A DNA stretch of 64,000 bases from Eledone cirrhosa (taxonomy: Eukaryota). Positions 30,700 to 44,732 of the stretch are shown in pieces. A program made the position numbers and the translations under genes. The notes below the pieces were generated by a model. The model made no database searches. It had not been told where the DNA came from and saw only the letters and a list, made by a program, of their open reading frames with translations. Where the stretch lies: assembly GCA_964016885.1 (NCBI GenBank), contig OZ024743.1:147188001-147252000 (forward strand), in the 5' to 3' direction. Numbering within the stretch: the stretch's first letter is position 1; every line of letters begins with the position of its first letter.

Positions 30700-30706
<7 letters not shown>

Positions 30707-30892
30707 AAGCTCTACAGGACTAGAACTGTTTCATTCGTGAGAAATCATCAGGAAGCTGACCTGATGATTTCTCACGAATGAAACAGTTCTACTCCTGTAG
30801 AGGCTTTTCTATATTAAACATTTATACTCTGTACTGTATTGAGTACCTTACTTAGTGGGGTTACCCCCACACCATTGAACCCGGAATAACTT
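30700..30892. mobile_element. Fold-back pseudo-LTR insertion with back-to-back family A hammerheads (30708-30757 minus, 30760-30805 plus)
   Basis: CUGAUGA-UUUCUCACGAAU-GAAA-CAG-8nt-CUG-UA on both strands; consensus stem I GCUUC/GAAGC; flanked by (TA)n. Confidence 0.8.
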
Positions 30893-31107
30893 ATATATAT
30901 ATATATATGTTGCATATTTCCGTGGAAAAAGTAAAGGAAAGAAGAGTGCTCTGTATATAGTACAGATCTATTTAATTATAATATATATGTATATATATAT
31001 ATATATTTTGTCTTTATTTGTTAATTTTTCATTCGCACCGTTTCCTTTCGCTATATGTCTCTCCACCACTCCCCTACACACCTTTTGAACTCTGTTCCCA
31101 CACACTT

Positions 31108-31232
31108 CTCACCCGAAGAAGGGCTTATGCCCGAAACGTCGTCCCCCACCTACCCCCCACTCTCCTGAGCGTGAATTTAATAAACATTTATTGTACTGCC
31201 TCTCTGTTCTGTCCCTGTTCAATTTTTCATTA
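31108..31232 (+). mobile_element. PLE pseudo-LTR relic with hammerhead-like motif
   Basis: CCGAAGA-A-GGGC-UUAU-GCCC-GAAA-CGUCG-UC (core U4 changed to C, no clear stem I), then AATAAA and (TA)n. Confidence 0.55.
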
Positions 31233-31268
31233 TATATATATATATATATATATATATAGGAAGGTATA

Positions 31269-31309
31269 CGGTGCTGACGATAGCTAATAAGCTTGAAACT
31301 AGTACATAG
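31269..31309 (+). ncRNA. Family C hammerhead with degraded stem I
   Basis: CUGACGA-UAGCUAAUAAGCUU-GAAA-CUAG-UA intact; flanks CGGUG/CAUAG pair poorly. The element extends about 31258-31515. Confidence 0.7.
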
Positions 31310-31795
31310 TTCCTTTGTCAGTGTTGAACAAAAGGGCAACGATGGTTGCTAAACACTGTACAGCTTAATTCGGGATATTTGTTTACAAATAAACCGAGCA
31401 TTATAATAAAAGTTCCGTAAATCCATACGTACATATATATATGTGTGCATGTATGTCTATATATATACATACTACTGTACGTCTGTATACATATATGTAT
31501 GTACGTATACATACTTATATATATATATATATACAATATATTAACAAATGGAAACTATATTTATAAAACCATATTTATTTCATTATACATATTTCAAGGA
31601 CACCAAAGCAAATTATGGTGCGCTTTCATCAGATAAAATATATTATAGATCAGTTTTATAAACATACCCTTAATGACATACCCTTAAAAGAATGCGACCA
31701 TGTCTGTTTTACTCCAAACATTATTGTTGAATGCTTTATATCAGTTATAAAATTATTTGCTTGTTGTATCCCAACAAATTAAATATAACTTCTAC

Positions 31796-31876
<81 letters not shown>

Positions 31877-31878
<2 letters not shown>

Positions 31879-32409
31879 CAAGGTTTAGCAAATAAGAAAA
31901 AGTTTCAAAATAAATTTCAAAAAATTCACTGTACTCACTATGGTTACCTTTACCGAATCGGTTTCTAGTCTCAAAAATAAATGGACAGTCCTTGCGGCCT
32001 TCCATTGAAAAGATAAACTCTCGTCAGAAGGTTCTTTTCACACGGGGAATATAAAATTCCCGAGTTCAAATTACGAACTGGCGCTATTCAAAATTGTTCC
32101 CGAGATGAGAATGAATGATGTGGAAGCAATTCTGTCCAGTGCCGTGTGTAAAGATAGAAGGGAGGTCAGTCTACTACCACTATAAATAGCAGCAGTCAAA
32201 ACGCCCAAATTTTATCTCGACCAAGAGGAGAGAATAATAATAAAGTATATATCCCTACACGCAAAAAGCGTCCAGGACCACATGTATTGTCCAACCATAT
32301 GCCAATGTGGTTCAATGGCAGGTTAATAAATTAACGAGCCAGAACATATATAATCAAGGTTTAGCAAATAAGAAAAAGTTTCAAAATAAATTTCAAAAAA
32401 TTCATTGTA
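31877..32409 (-). mobile_element. Non-autonomous HHR element, 476-bp unit with 57-bp terminal direct repeat
   Basis: ATCAAGGTTTAGCAAATAAG...TGTA at 31877-31933 and 32353-32409; family B HHR inside; ends in (TA)n. Confidence 0.8.
31946..32032 (-). ncRNA. Type I hammerhead, family B, diverged copy
   Basis: ACCUU-CUGACGA-GAGUUU...GAGACUA-GAAA-CCGAUUCGG-UA-AAGGU; compensatory stem I change relative to the 49967 copy. Confidence 0.85.
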
Positions 32410-33010
32410 AATATGGTGAGCTGACTCATTAGACTATGCCCATGCTGGATCACAGCCTCTATTAATTAGATAATGGTACCAACGACAATAATTCTTTTTT
32501 TTTTTTTGTGAAATCTCGTGATTATTTAATCGATTTCACTGAATAGCTAAGTTAGATAACGTATGCATGTATATAAATGTATACAAATATATCTGGTCAT
32601 TTGGTTCCTCCAGCTACACGGCAACGAGTGACTTTCAAGACCAGCAGTACCAAGGGGTCGAAACTGCCCGAGTCCACCACAACGGCTGATGACCATGGAA
32701 TTTCGTCTTCGTCTGAATATTTATTTAAAAAAAAAAAATTATTTTGCGGTTTTCCCTTAAAAAATTGTTTTTCGTTTTGTTTTGTTTCCGTAAGTTTTCT
32801 TGTCCTCTGTGTGAGTGTGTGTGTGTGTGTATGTGTGTGTGTGTGTGTGGATCCTGAGTTCATTCAGGGTAACCACAGTAAGTAAGGTACATAGCAGAAT
32901 ATAAACTTTCATGATTTCCTTCGAATGAAACAGTGCAAGTCATGTATAAGCCATTTCTATATTAAACGTATATATTTATACACACACACGTACACGCACG
33001 TACGCACACA

Positions 33011-33043
<33 letters not shown>

Positions 33044-33189
33044 GTACACACACACATACACACACACACACACACACGTACACGCACGTACGCACACACA
33101 CACGTACACGCACCTACGCACACACACACGCACACACACGTAGACGCACGTACACACACACACATACACACACAAACACACACACACAA

Positions 33190-33229
<40 letters not shown>

Positions 33230-33231
33230 CA

Positions 33232-33410
33232 ATATAGAAAAGGCTTCTACAGGACTAGAACTGTTTCATTCGAAAGAAATCATCGAATGAAACAGTTCTA
33301 GTCTTGTAGAAGCCTTTTTCTATATAAAATTTTGTATATATTCTACTTAAGTATGGGGTACTTCACTTACTGTGGTTACCCCCAATTGAACCCGGGACTT
33401 GCACACACAT
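33232..33410. mobile_element. Fold-back insertion of family A hammerhead pseudo-LTR
   Basis: Inverted arms 33232-33325 containing CGAATGAAACAGTTCTAGTC; tail similar to 30813-30892. Other family A relics near 6047-6200, 21231-21259, 21811-21855, 23219-23345, 30272-30350, 32906-32962. Confidence 0.75.
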
Positions 33411-33499
33411 AAACATGCAAGCATAAACACGTAAACATAAATATATATATATATATGTGTGTGTGTGTGTCAGTGTCTGTGTATTTATGGGCGTGTGTG

Positions 33500-33560
<61 letters not shown>

Positions 33561-33565
<5 letters not shown>

Positions 33566-33753
33566 AACAAGTAAGACCCCGACGGCTGAGCTCAAGCCGT
33601 CTCGACGGCTAATTCAGTCCAGAATTAGCCGTCGATATGGCTTGAGCTCAGCCGTCGGGGTCTTACTTGTTCCTATTACCCACTCTACTACCCTAAGTAT
33701 TGAGTACTTTGGTGCGTTATGGTCCACCTGGTTCCTTACCACATTTCCTTCGT
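33561..33753. repeat. Fold-back (33561-33676) plus tail, between (TA)n tracts
   Basis: ATAGGAACAAGTAAGACCCCGACGGCTGAGC...GCTCAGCCGTCGGGGTCTTACTTGTTCCTAT. Confidence 0.88.
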
Positions 33754-33838
33754 TATATATATATCACAAATTTACAAATTATTCTCTGTGATTGTTTCAT
33801 ATGTTTATTTTATATATATATATGTGTCAATCTATTTC

Positions 33839-33900
<62 letters not shown>

Positions 33901-33908
<8 letters not shown>

Positions 33909-34124
33909 TAAAATAACAGATTAAAGTTTAAGCAAAGAATCGCTGCTTTCACCCTTAACGGGATCTTCTGATCAGAAGATCCCGTTAAGGGTGAAAGCAG
34001 CGATTCTTTGCTTAAACTTTAATCTGTTATTTTAATAAATATTTGCTCTACGGTTCTTATATATTTGATATATATTTTCCTTATCGAGCCCTCTTTGGAT
34101 TTTAGTCTTCAATTTTATTATTAT

Positions 34125-34130
<6 letters not shown>
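33901..34130 (+). repeat. 142-bp palindrome (33901-34042) plus tail; same family as 35587-35817
   Basis: Centre TTCTGA|TCAGAA at 33971/33972; 71-bp arms. Confidence 0.9.
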
Positions 34131-34197
<67 letters not shown>

Positions 34198-34459
34198 TAT
34201 ATTTTTTCAATTTCTTACCATCTTGAAATGAAAAACCTGCAGTAACGAGATTTTTTCCTTCTGTTATTTTTATTCATTTGAAAATAAATTTCGTAAAATA
34301 TACTGAAATAACAATAACGTCAGTTACAAAATTTCTTATTTTCATACGCTGCCACGCAGACACCACACACACACACGCGGACATGTTCGTGCACTGACAC
34401 ACACACACACACACGCATACACACACACACATATACACACACGTGTGTATGTGGGTATT

Positions 34460-34521
<62 letters not shown>

Positions 34522-34691
34522 ACATATACATACATTACATATGTACATATATATATATGCATGCACTACGGCCTAAGGCATGGTTCTATGAGATTAGGGA
34601 GTATGTTTAGTACTGGTATGTTTTTCTACTATAAATAAATACTTTCCTAGTGGAATTTGGTAGACATAATCTACAGAATCCCATCGTACAC

Positions 34692-34745
<54 letters not shown>

Positions 34746-34764
34746 GAGTATATATATATATACA

Positions 34765-34866
<102 letters not shown>

Positions 34867-34898
34867 ATATACACATATATATATACATATATATATAC

Positions 34899-34967
<69 letters not shown>

Positions 34968-35423
34968 CACATATATATATATATATGCATATATATATAC
35001 ATATACTCACATACACATATATATATATATATATATAATATATCGAAAATTGCTGATCGCAGCTCCAACTTCGATTTTACTGACTATTATTATTAACTTT
35101 GCCTTTCATCCTTACGGGGTCGATAAAATAAAGTACCAGTAATACACTGGGATAATTGGTGGCCTTATGCCAAAAGTAGAAACAATTATTATTATTATTA
35201 TCATACATATATATATATGAGTGTGTGTGTGTGTGTGTGTGTGTTTTTATGGTTGTGTTTATCTCCTGCAACTTAGCGTTTCAGCAAAAAAGGTGTGGCA
35301 AAAATAAGTACCACACTTGAAAAATATACTTGATCGACTTAATCAAGGCAATACCGCATCGTGGTCACAGTTTGAATAAAACACTAACATATATATTCAT
35401 ATTATACATACATTCACACACTC

Positions 35424-35494
<71 letters not shown>

Positions 35495-35544
35495 ATGTTA
35501 TGGAATACTGTTAGCTTCTGGCTTCAACAATTTCTATACTTTTC

Positions 35545-35586
<42 letters not shown>

Positions 35587-35590
<4 letters not shown>

Positions 35591-35817
35591 ATAATAATAA
35601 ATTTGAAGACTAAAATCCAAAGAGGGCTCGATAAGGATAAATATATATCAAATATATAAGAACCGTAGAGAAAATATTTATTAAAATAACAGATTAAAGT
35701 TTAAGCAAAGAATCGCTGCTTTCACCCTTAACGGGATCTTCTGAAACAGTTTCAGAAGATCCCGTTAAGGGTGAAAGCAGTGATTCTTTGCTTAAACTTT
35801 AATCTGTTATTTTAATA
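35587..35817 (-). repeat. Fold-back element (arms 35679-35817), inverted copy of 33901-34130
   Basis: Centre CTGAAAC-A-GTTTCAG at 35748; tail is the reverse complement of 34043-34130. Confidence 0.9.
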
Positions 35818-35887
35818 TATATATATATATATATATAAGTATGTATACTAAGAGTGAGAAATGAAATTTCGTTTCATTTTTTCCGTT

Positions 35888-35919
<32 letters not shown>

Positions 35920-36025
35920 TATTTATATAAATGTGAATATTTATATATATATATATATACATTATCTATACTCAGGCATATATGCCTGTATGATGAGACG
36001 ACAGAGATTGAGAGAGAGAATGTGC

Positions 36026-36089
<64 letters not shown>

Positions 36090-38776
36090 GCGTGTGTGTG
36101 TGTGTGAGTGTGAATATGTTTGTATTTATATTTTCAAACAAAAAAAAAAACGCATACAATTATTACATGAGCAATAATGAAAAAATGATTTTTATAAAAG
36201 TGGTTGACAGAAATTCTTTCATTTCTTTAGTACTTTCTATGATTACACTTTCACTATAGTAGAATATAATACCTTGAAAATAAGGGCCGATTACATTGAC
36301 CGAAACATTTTTTTGTTTACTGCAACTTCATTTCATCGACCTCAGAACGATGAAAGGGTATGTTATGTGTATGTTGACTCTGATATCCACACGCTAATGT
36401 TGATAATATTAATATCTATAGTTTTCAGAGTTATTATTTTAGTATAATTGAAAAAAAAAAAAAAATAATAATAATAATGCATGCTTATTTTCCTTTATTA
36501 GTTTTGTAAGGATGGATTGGCAGAATCGGTAGTGCAACATGCTAGATAACTTGTAGTATTAAGTTTCGTCGAAAAAAGCTATGATCAAACGCATTCCAGC
36601 GATCATCACACTGTCTATTTAAATATAGTGTTATTTAGGACTAATTTATAAAGTTGTTCCTTTCTATTTGTAATGCTGTAGGTTGTCATATAGGGATATT
36701 GGGTTGCTATTTATAGCATAGTTCGAATAACCACATATAATACCCACCGTTCGCTAGTTAACAGGTAAGTTTACGAGCTGAAACGTCTATAAGGATGATT
36801 GGTGGAAGCAGCAGAGCAAAGTCACGTAGTCAACAGTAGCTTCATTATTCACATAATTAATCTCTGGGGAGGAAACAACACTAATCTGGATAGTCTGAGA
36901 TCTTCAGAAGTCTAAAGATTATTAGTTCTGGCATGTGTTAGAAGAGGTGGGGGTTGTAATTAATTTTGATTTTTTTTCTGTTAATTATGGAATAACTAAT
37001 GTTTGCCATGTTTTGGAGTGTTGAACAAGGTTTATTTTGTTTTGTTTTTGTAGATGTTTCCATGTTACACAACTCCTTAGACCTCATTAAAGAATGTGTT
37101 AGAGGTCGTCACTAACATAAAGACTAATTGACAGCTGTTAATACTAGTAGCAGATTATGGTGTTGTTAGACGAATGGATATTTTTGTAGGTGTGATTGTA
37201 CTTGAAAAAGATGGGTAAGAAATCACTGGTCTAAAATTGTAAGAATATTCCAAGAGAATGTGAAATGACAGCACGTTCAGAAATAGTTGTTTCGTCACAG
37301 GTTAGCTCTGATCGAGTAGACAACATCAAAAGCATTCTAGTCACCACCACATTGACTTTTCAACTGACATAGCGATACATGTATCGTATACAATGTATCC
37401 TTTCCTTTTTTTAAGATGGAAAGTTTTTTTTTTTTAATTGCTCATAGCAGTAGTAACATCATAATGCAGTAGTTAATATACAAATATTCACCAATGGGTT
37501 GACCAGTGTGCAATATGTATGTTTTAAGTGAAACATGTGTATGGTCTGACTTTGAGTTACGTTGAAACCATTTCATTTTTTGTTTTTAATTATCTTTAAA
37601 AAAAACTATCGAATTCACATGTGTAAATCTATGATTATGTAGCTTTATAAAAACAATATATGCTTATCTTAGTTTTACTTTCTTACACTCATGTATGGAA
37701 ATGCTATTTGTAATATTTGTGCATTTTTGTAATGTCTTAATGTAAATGTTATGTGATTATAGTTTTGCAGACATGGCCAAATAATTGCCGAGTTCGCTCC
37801 ACCATCTTGAAGTTCTTAAACCGAATTGATACTCTCTTTAGAGTGTCGGATTAATTATTTTGTGGTAATTTTACGCTTTTCTACGCTCTGATTTCAAATC
37901 CCACCGAGATCAACTTTATCTATAGTCTATCCGCGGCCGATTAATAAAGTACGTATTCAGAGCGATGATTCAAAGGAATTGCTAGGGTGTCCGACATGAT
38001 ACCTTTATTGGCCTTTTCTGTTAGGAGTTCACATGTGAAATCACTGGTGCCAATCTATGTGGGCTATTCTCTTACATGGCAGCTATAGTGTATAGAGGGG
38101 AAAATTGCATGCATGAGTGGCTACTTATTTTCCTTGCCCGTGTATGGAGATTTGAGAGGAACTCTGTAGGTGTAAATTTACGATATCATGAGTCCCTAGG
38201 TTTTACTTAATAGCTCAACATTAACACTTACTCTTGATATAACAAGACATTTTGAAATATATTTCGTAGTAGAATCCTCGGTTGTATATTTGATCAACAT
38301 ACTGAATCTGCAGTGTTTCTTTACTTGGAGATAGTGCAGTTCAGTTACTCATGATGATCACATCTGTTGGTATAAACCGATCTTGCTACTTCCCAATTAA
38401 AGCAACATTGGAATTTCAACATGATCATTCGATTTGCATGGGATAACAGCGAAATCTCTCTTATATGACAAACTACTGTGGCATAAAAAAAAAACACATT
38501 TGACGATATAGTTTTAGAGGTACAATGTCTGAAAACATGGGCTGGTAACAACTGGAATGCTTTTGATGTCTCCTCCACCAGAAACGGTCTCATTTGAGGC
38601 TAAACAAGATCAATCACTCACCTCACACCTTGTATCTGTACAACAATAACCAAAATGGCGAAGTGTGGCGAGCGATGTCCCTGTTTCACTGATAATTATC
38701 ATTTACTTTTATTATCCAACATTTTAGTTAATATTCAGCATTAGAACACCTCATTATTAGTATGGCCGTATTAGTA

Positions 38777-39193
38777 TGGCCGTATCGGTAGAGCGTCAGA
38801 CACCATGCTTTGAAGCATAGCGTTATGGCCCTTTACGTTCTGAGTTCAAATTCCGCCGAAGTTAACTTTGCCTTTTATTCTTACGGGGTCAATAAAATAA
38901 AGTACCAGTAATGCACTGGGATAATTGCTGGCCTTGTGTCAATAGTATAAACAATTATTAGTAATATTACCGATTATCAACATTTATTATTTTTTATATC
39001 AAAGGGCGGTGGTTTGGCAGTATCGGTAGAGGGTTGGACGCCATGCTTTCCAGCATAGTTACGTCCCTTTACGATCTGAGTTCAAATCCCGCCGAGGTTG
39101 ACTTTGCCTTTCATCCTTACGGGGTCGATAAAATAAAAGTACCAGTAATGCACTGGGTTATTGCTGGCCTTGTGCCTAAAGTAGAAACAATTA
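38777..39193 (+). mobile_element. Two tandem SINE copies
   Basis: 38777-38960 and 39004-39193 match 2725-2912. Confidence 0.85.
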
Positions 39194-39616
39194 TTTTTTA
39201 TATCATTATTATTACTAAAACCTACACTTATCTCTATGTATATTTTATATTTGCTTTTTTCTCATATTTATATTTCTTCAATATTGTCTGAATTTAAGTC
39301 TAGAAATTTAAAATATACTAATTTGTAAAGCGTACTTGTGTAAGTTATTATATATCTATCTAGTGATTCCGTTACCAAAATTTCAGCAATTGCATTAAAC
39401 TCTATGCTGCGCTAAGGAGGTCAAAAGACGACCATGTAGAAGCTCTTTAATGGGATCATTTTGGATATAGTCGTATACCATAGTGAGTTGGGACTATTAA
39501 CGTCTCTATCAAAAGACTTATTCTTGAACTTAAAGTAACTGCTACCCGCATTCTCTTAAAAAAGTCCATCTGCACACACACATACACACACGCGCACACA
39601 CGCACGCGCACACACG

Positions 39617-39678
<62 letters not shown>

Positions 39679-40616
39679 TACAAACACACATACACACTCA
39701 TATTTACTTCCACTCAGTACATTATCGCTCAAGCTGCTTGATAAATCAGTCAAATCTTTCTTCAATAACTCCTCTTCGCCATCATTAGTATTTCTCAACG
39801 TTGAAAATTTGATTCCATTAAAGTTATCTACGAGTTTTAAGAAGTATAAATTTATTTTTGCCTAAAGACAAATTTTCAACACACATGAGACATTGAGAAT
39901 TAGAGCGCACGATTCATCTTTTCCGCCCTGCTCCCTTCTGGCGACATCTCTTTGTGTCACGTCACTATAGTAAAAAATTACACACTTGAGATTGTGGTCC
40001 TAGTGATTTTGCACGGTGTGAAATATGAGATGGTCATGGCTAGAATGCCTGTGATCACGTGTCTACTTGATCAGGGATGATCATAGACTACACAACAAAC
40101 AACAATAACAACACCTGACACATTCAACCAATTTAAATCCGTTTTCCACTACGTGTACTGCTATCAAGTACGGCCAAACCTGACCTTGTTCTAATTATAG
40201 ATCTTAACCACTATTTTTCCGTGCTGAATTCTTCTCACCAAACTATTGCACTCTTCTTGAGTTATGGGCAGGAGAAAATGCGATAGCGTATTTCACCCCC
40301 ACGAAGAACAATCTCTCAGAGCCTCATTTTAACTAATAGCCTATTTTGTTTCACTTCTTCCACCTCCAAAATAAAAGCCGTAATCGACCAACTCTTCTAA
40401 CACTTCGAGTACATACATTGTAATGGCTTTCGTAGAAATAGATCTTCTTGGGCCCTACTTTTTAACTTAATGTTTTATTGCTCATAGTTAATCCCCGACT
40501 CCTGGAAGTTGCATCTGACTAATAACACTTTTGAACACTTTCTAAGATAAGATCATCATAGCAACATTTGTTGCCTTAAGGCTCTAATAGTAACATTTAT
40601 TTTATAAGCGCTCGTA

Positions 40617-40794
40617 ATAATGTTTCTACTTTTGGCACAAGGCCAGCAATTATTCCAGTGCATTACTGGTACTTTATTTTATCGACCCCGAAATGATGTA
40701 AGGCAAAGTTAACCTTGACAGGAATTGAACTCAGACTGTAAAGGGCTGTAACTGTATGCTGCTAAGCATGGCGTCCGACCTTCTACCGATACTG
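40617..40794 (-). mobile_element. SINE copy
   Basis: Reverse-complement match; other partial copies at 23604-23737, 35093-35186 and 54147-54202. Confidence 0.8.
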
Positions 40795-41475
40795 TGCTTT
40801 AGTATATATAAACACAAGGCAGTGACCGGCTAGCCATAAACACTTGTACATAATTTTTCTAATGTTAACCCAATCTCCCTCAAAGCACACCTTGTTGGTT
40901 TACCAAAGGACATTATATGATATACCGTTGAGTACATAATTCATGAACTTAAGTTGGGATAATCGCTTATGGTTTTGATCATAGGTCTGCTCGACCAGGC
41001 TCAGCAACAACCACCAACAGCGACGAAAACAAATTTTCACCTCCTCATTTTTAATGAGTAGTTCTCCAGAAACCCGCACTAGAAGGATATATTTCTAATT
41101 CTTCTAATCCTTTCTAAAACAATTTTTGGATTCCTGTTAAACTTTCCAGAAATTCAAATCTCTGAAAATCACTATCTATTGATGATTTCTTCTACACGCG
41201 TTTATTTTCACAAGATCAAAGCTAAAACATAAACTATATCGACTTATTTGTCTATAAGGACCTACAAAGGTCTAGATCTTCCATTGAATATAATAATCAT
41301 TCATGATTTCAGCAAAATACGAAAATCCTTAATGGCGGTTTTGCAATAAACCGAATTGATTCTAATACAAGACGGATACATTACTTTGCCGACTATGGAA
41401 ATATCTGAACTATTATAAAGATGTGTACCTAATGTGTGCGTGTAAGTATATACATATACTTACACGCACAAATAT

Positions 41476-41577
<102 letters not shown>

Positions 41578-42439
41578 ATATATATGACAGTGCATTGTGT
41601 CCTTGAGCTTGACACTTTATTTCATATTGCCCTAGTCCACTAAGCTGTCAAAAATGAGATGTGCCTGTAATTCAAAGAGACAACTTTGTGATACAGTGTT
41701 TACGTGGTATTTCGCTATGGAATACTCATCCACTTGAACAGTAAGTATATGAGTAGGCCTATACCAGGTTCGAAATAGCAACCTGTCGTCGGAATTGACG
41801 GTGTTACAGCAATAGGCATGTATATGTGTATGTTATGTACGCACGTGTTTATGTGTTGTGTATGTATGAGTGTGTGTGTGTGTTTGTGTATTACTATACA
41901 CACACACATATGAATACATACAGATTTATATGAACCTAACACAGAACGAGCAACCGAAATCAGATTTCAATAGACCTAAGCGACCTTCTGTCGTCGAGCG
42001 CATGTTTAAAGTAAGGGGAGGTTATACGAGCCGAATATCATTTTAAGGTGTGACACACTGTTTCATAAGTCGGCCAAGTATTTAATTACAGTATAGTATA
42101 AAATGCTGCCTTATTCATCCCCCACTTCATAAACATACAGACACATGTAGATATATATATACATATATATGAATATACACACGTGCGCGCGCGCACACAC
42201 ACACACATATATATATCCACACAAACGCACACACACACACACATATATATATATCCACACAAACACAAACACACACACACATATATATATATCCACACAA
42301 ACACAAACACACACACACACACACATATATATAAATATATAACTATATAAATATATATATATATAGTTAAAGATCCATGTATTTTTGCGCATATGTACAT
42401 GAATTTGAATACATATGTATATGTACACACACTCACACA

Positions 42440-42552
<113 letters not shown>

Positions 42553-42815
42553 GATAGAGAGATAGAGTGTGTGTGTGTGTATCTGATGTACGTCCGTGTG
42601 TGAATATGTGTAATAACAAAACATATTAAGTAGGATACTCACACGGGGAATAGATTTTTTTTCTTTCAAATTTGTTTGTTAATGCATGTCTACGTTAAAT
42701 GCATGACTGGAAAGTCCATTAACCAATATCGCGTCGAGATATTTTTTATCCTACACATACATAAATATCTCCCTGTGCGTACACACACCCATACATATAC
42801 ACACAAATACGCACA

Positions 42816-42896
<81 letters not shown>

Positions 42897-43305
42897 CCTC
42901 TCTCACTCACACATTCAATCTATCTCAAACACTCACACACATATACAGATACACACATGCAGCAAGCGGCGTGCATACACAAACATGTTAATTTATTCAT
43001 AGGAAAAAAAAAAAAAGCATCAGTACAAAAACCTGAAAACCACTAGAAACTTTGGCTAGTATAAAACAGCGGTCTTTCATTTAGTAGCTCCATGAAGAGT
43101 ACTTGTATTTGACTAACAAGTATACCATATGACCACCCCGATAAACAACAGCGTCTTTGCAGACATTGAAAATCATTGTCTGTATTCAAGTAGAGAAATG
43201 GCACCTTACCAGAATAAATTGCACGGACGGAGGGAAGATTAATATATTTTAGTCTGGCATGAAGCATAACATCATATAGACATACAGATGTATATACATA
43301 TATAC

Positions 43306-43398
<93 letters not shown>

Positions 43399-43401
<3 letters not shown>

Positions 43402-44385
43402 GTGGTTACACAACAGTTAGTTCACCATACCGAGAACAATTGTTTCACCTTAGCGGATCCTCAGCTCGGAATGGGCATGGTTATAGGAACAGGAAGGACA
43501 ACCGTACGAACGCGCATGCGCAGAAACCCGGTCACTTCTCACAGGCAATACTAGAATGCGTGCGAGAGGTGTAAGGGAGATAACAGCAAAAGTCCGAAAA
43601 GTATTTAGTTGAAAAATAAAATTACAAAGAATCAGTCAGGAGCCTTGTTGTTATGCAATAGGTGTTTGGCGACGTGTGGACAACGTGTGAAAAATTCAAT
43701 CCTCGTGTTTAGGCAATCACTATTGCGTAATCTCTTTAGAATAGTTATACGTTCGTCAATACATAAGCCACACGTCGGATTTCCCCTTGCGTATGGCTTG
43801 GACTTAGTAATGGCTTTCCATTGAATGGAGTAGTCTATACTTAAGTCCTTGAGGGACCATACGTGGCTCGCGAGTTTCGTGGATGAACGTCTGTCCGGGT
43901 ATCTGAAGGTAGACTGGTGGTTCAGGAAACGTTCCTTAAATCGGCCCACATAGGATTTGACCTCCTGTGGTTCGTTTGGTCGGTTGGAAGTGACTACAGC
44001 TTCGTAAATTACAGCTGGTATGTTGCATTGCTTTTGAAGGGGGCAAGCTTCAGGCTTACGGCAAGAGCACCCTGGTGGGGTGTTGCTCCTAGGGCTGCTG
44101 GTGATGTGGGCCTTCATGTTCTTAGCGTAGGAGTATCCTAGTTTGACTTTGTGTCGGTTAAAGATGGAGCGGTATTTATGACCTATGGGAAAGTGTCTAC
44201 CTAAGAGGGCTAGAAATGTTGTTCCTACATTGGTTTTAACGTTGAGTGAGAAGGGAGGAGAGAACCATATAGTTTATCTATTGTTGCACTTACTTTTCCT
44301 AATGGTGTTGTTGCTAGTGGGAGAGTAAGTGATAGGTTGTGAGAAGCAGCTGTTAGCCAACGCCGTGTTATAGTAGGGTGCTGCT
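43399..44385 (-). mobile_element. 5'-truncated Naiad-type PLE (end of thumb, GIY-YIG, 3' pseudo-LTR)
   Basis: ORF 43632-44117: CSCRKPEACPL, VIYEA...SYVG, RFKERFLNH, CGLC...RCPH. Upstream AAPYYNTALANS...IWFSPPFSLNVKTNVG aligns to the 814-aa protein. Contains a stop and a small deletion; ends in (TA)n. Confidence 0.9.
43425..43474 (-). ncRNA. Minimal type I hammerhead in the 3' pseudo-LTR of the Naiad fragment
   Basis: CCAUUCCGAG-CUGAGGA-UCCGCUAAGGU-GAAA-CAAUUG-UU-CUCGGUAUGG; stem I CCGAG/CUCGG extended by CCAU/AUGG; palindromic stem III. Confidence 0.85.
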
Positions 44386-44623
44386 AAACACTGTACGGCT
44401 TAATTCGGGATGTTTGTTTACAAACACACCGAGCATTATAATAAATGTTCGGTAAATCCATACGTACATATATATATATATGTGTGCATGTATGTATATA
44501 TATACACACTACTGTACGTCTGTATACGTATGTATGTACTTTTATTTAAGTAAAAGCCGTACTAAGTGTGAGAAATTTCATTTCATTTCATTTTTTTCCG
44601 TTTATATATATATATATATATAT

Positions 44624-44666
<43 letters not shown>

Positions 44667-44686
44667 TGTGTGTGTGTGTGTGCGTT

Positions 44687-44732
<46 letters not shown>

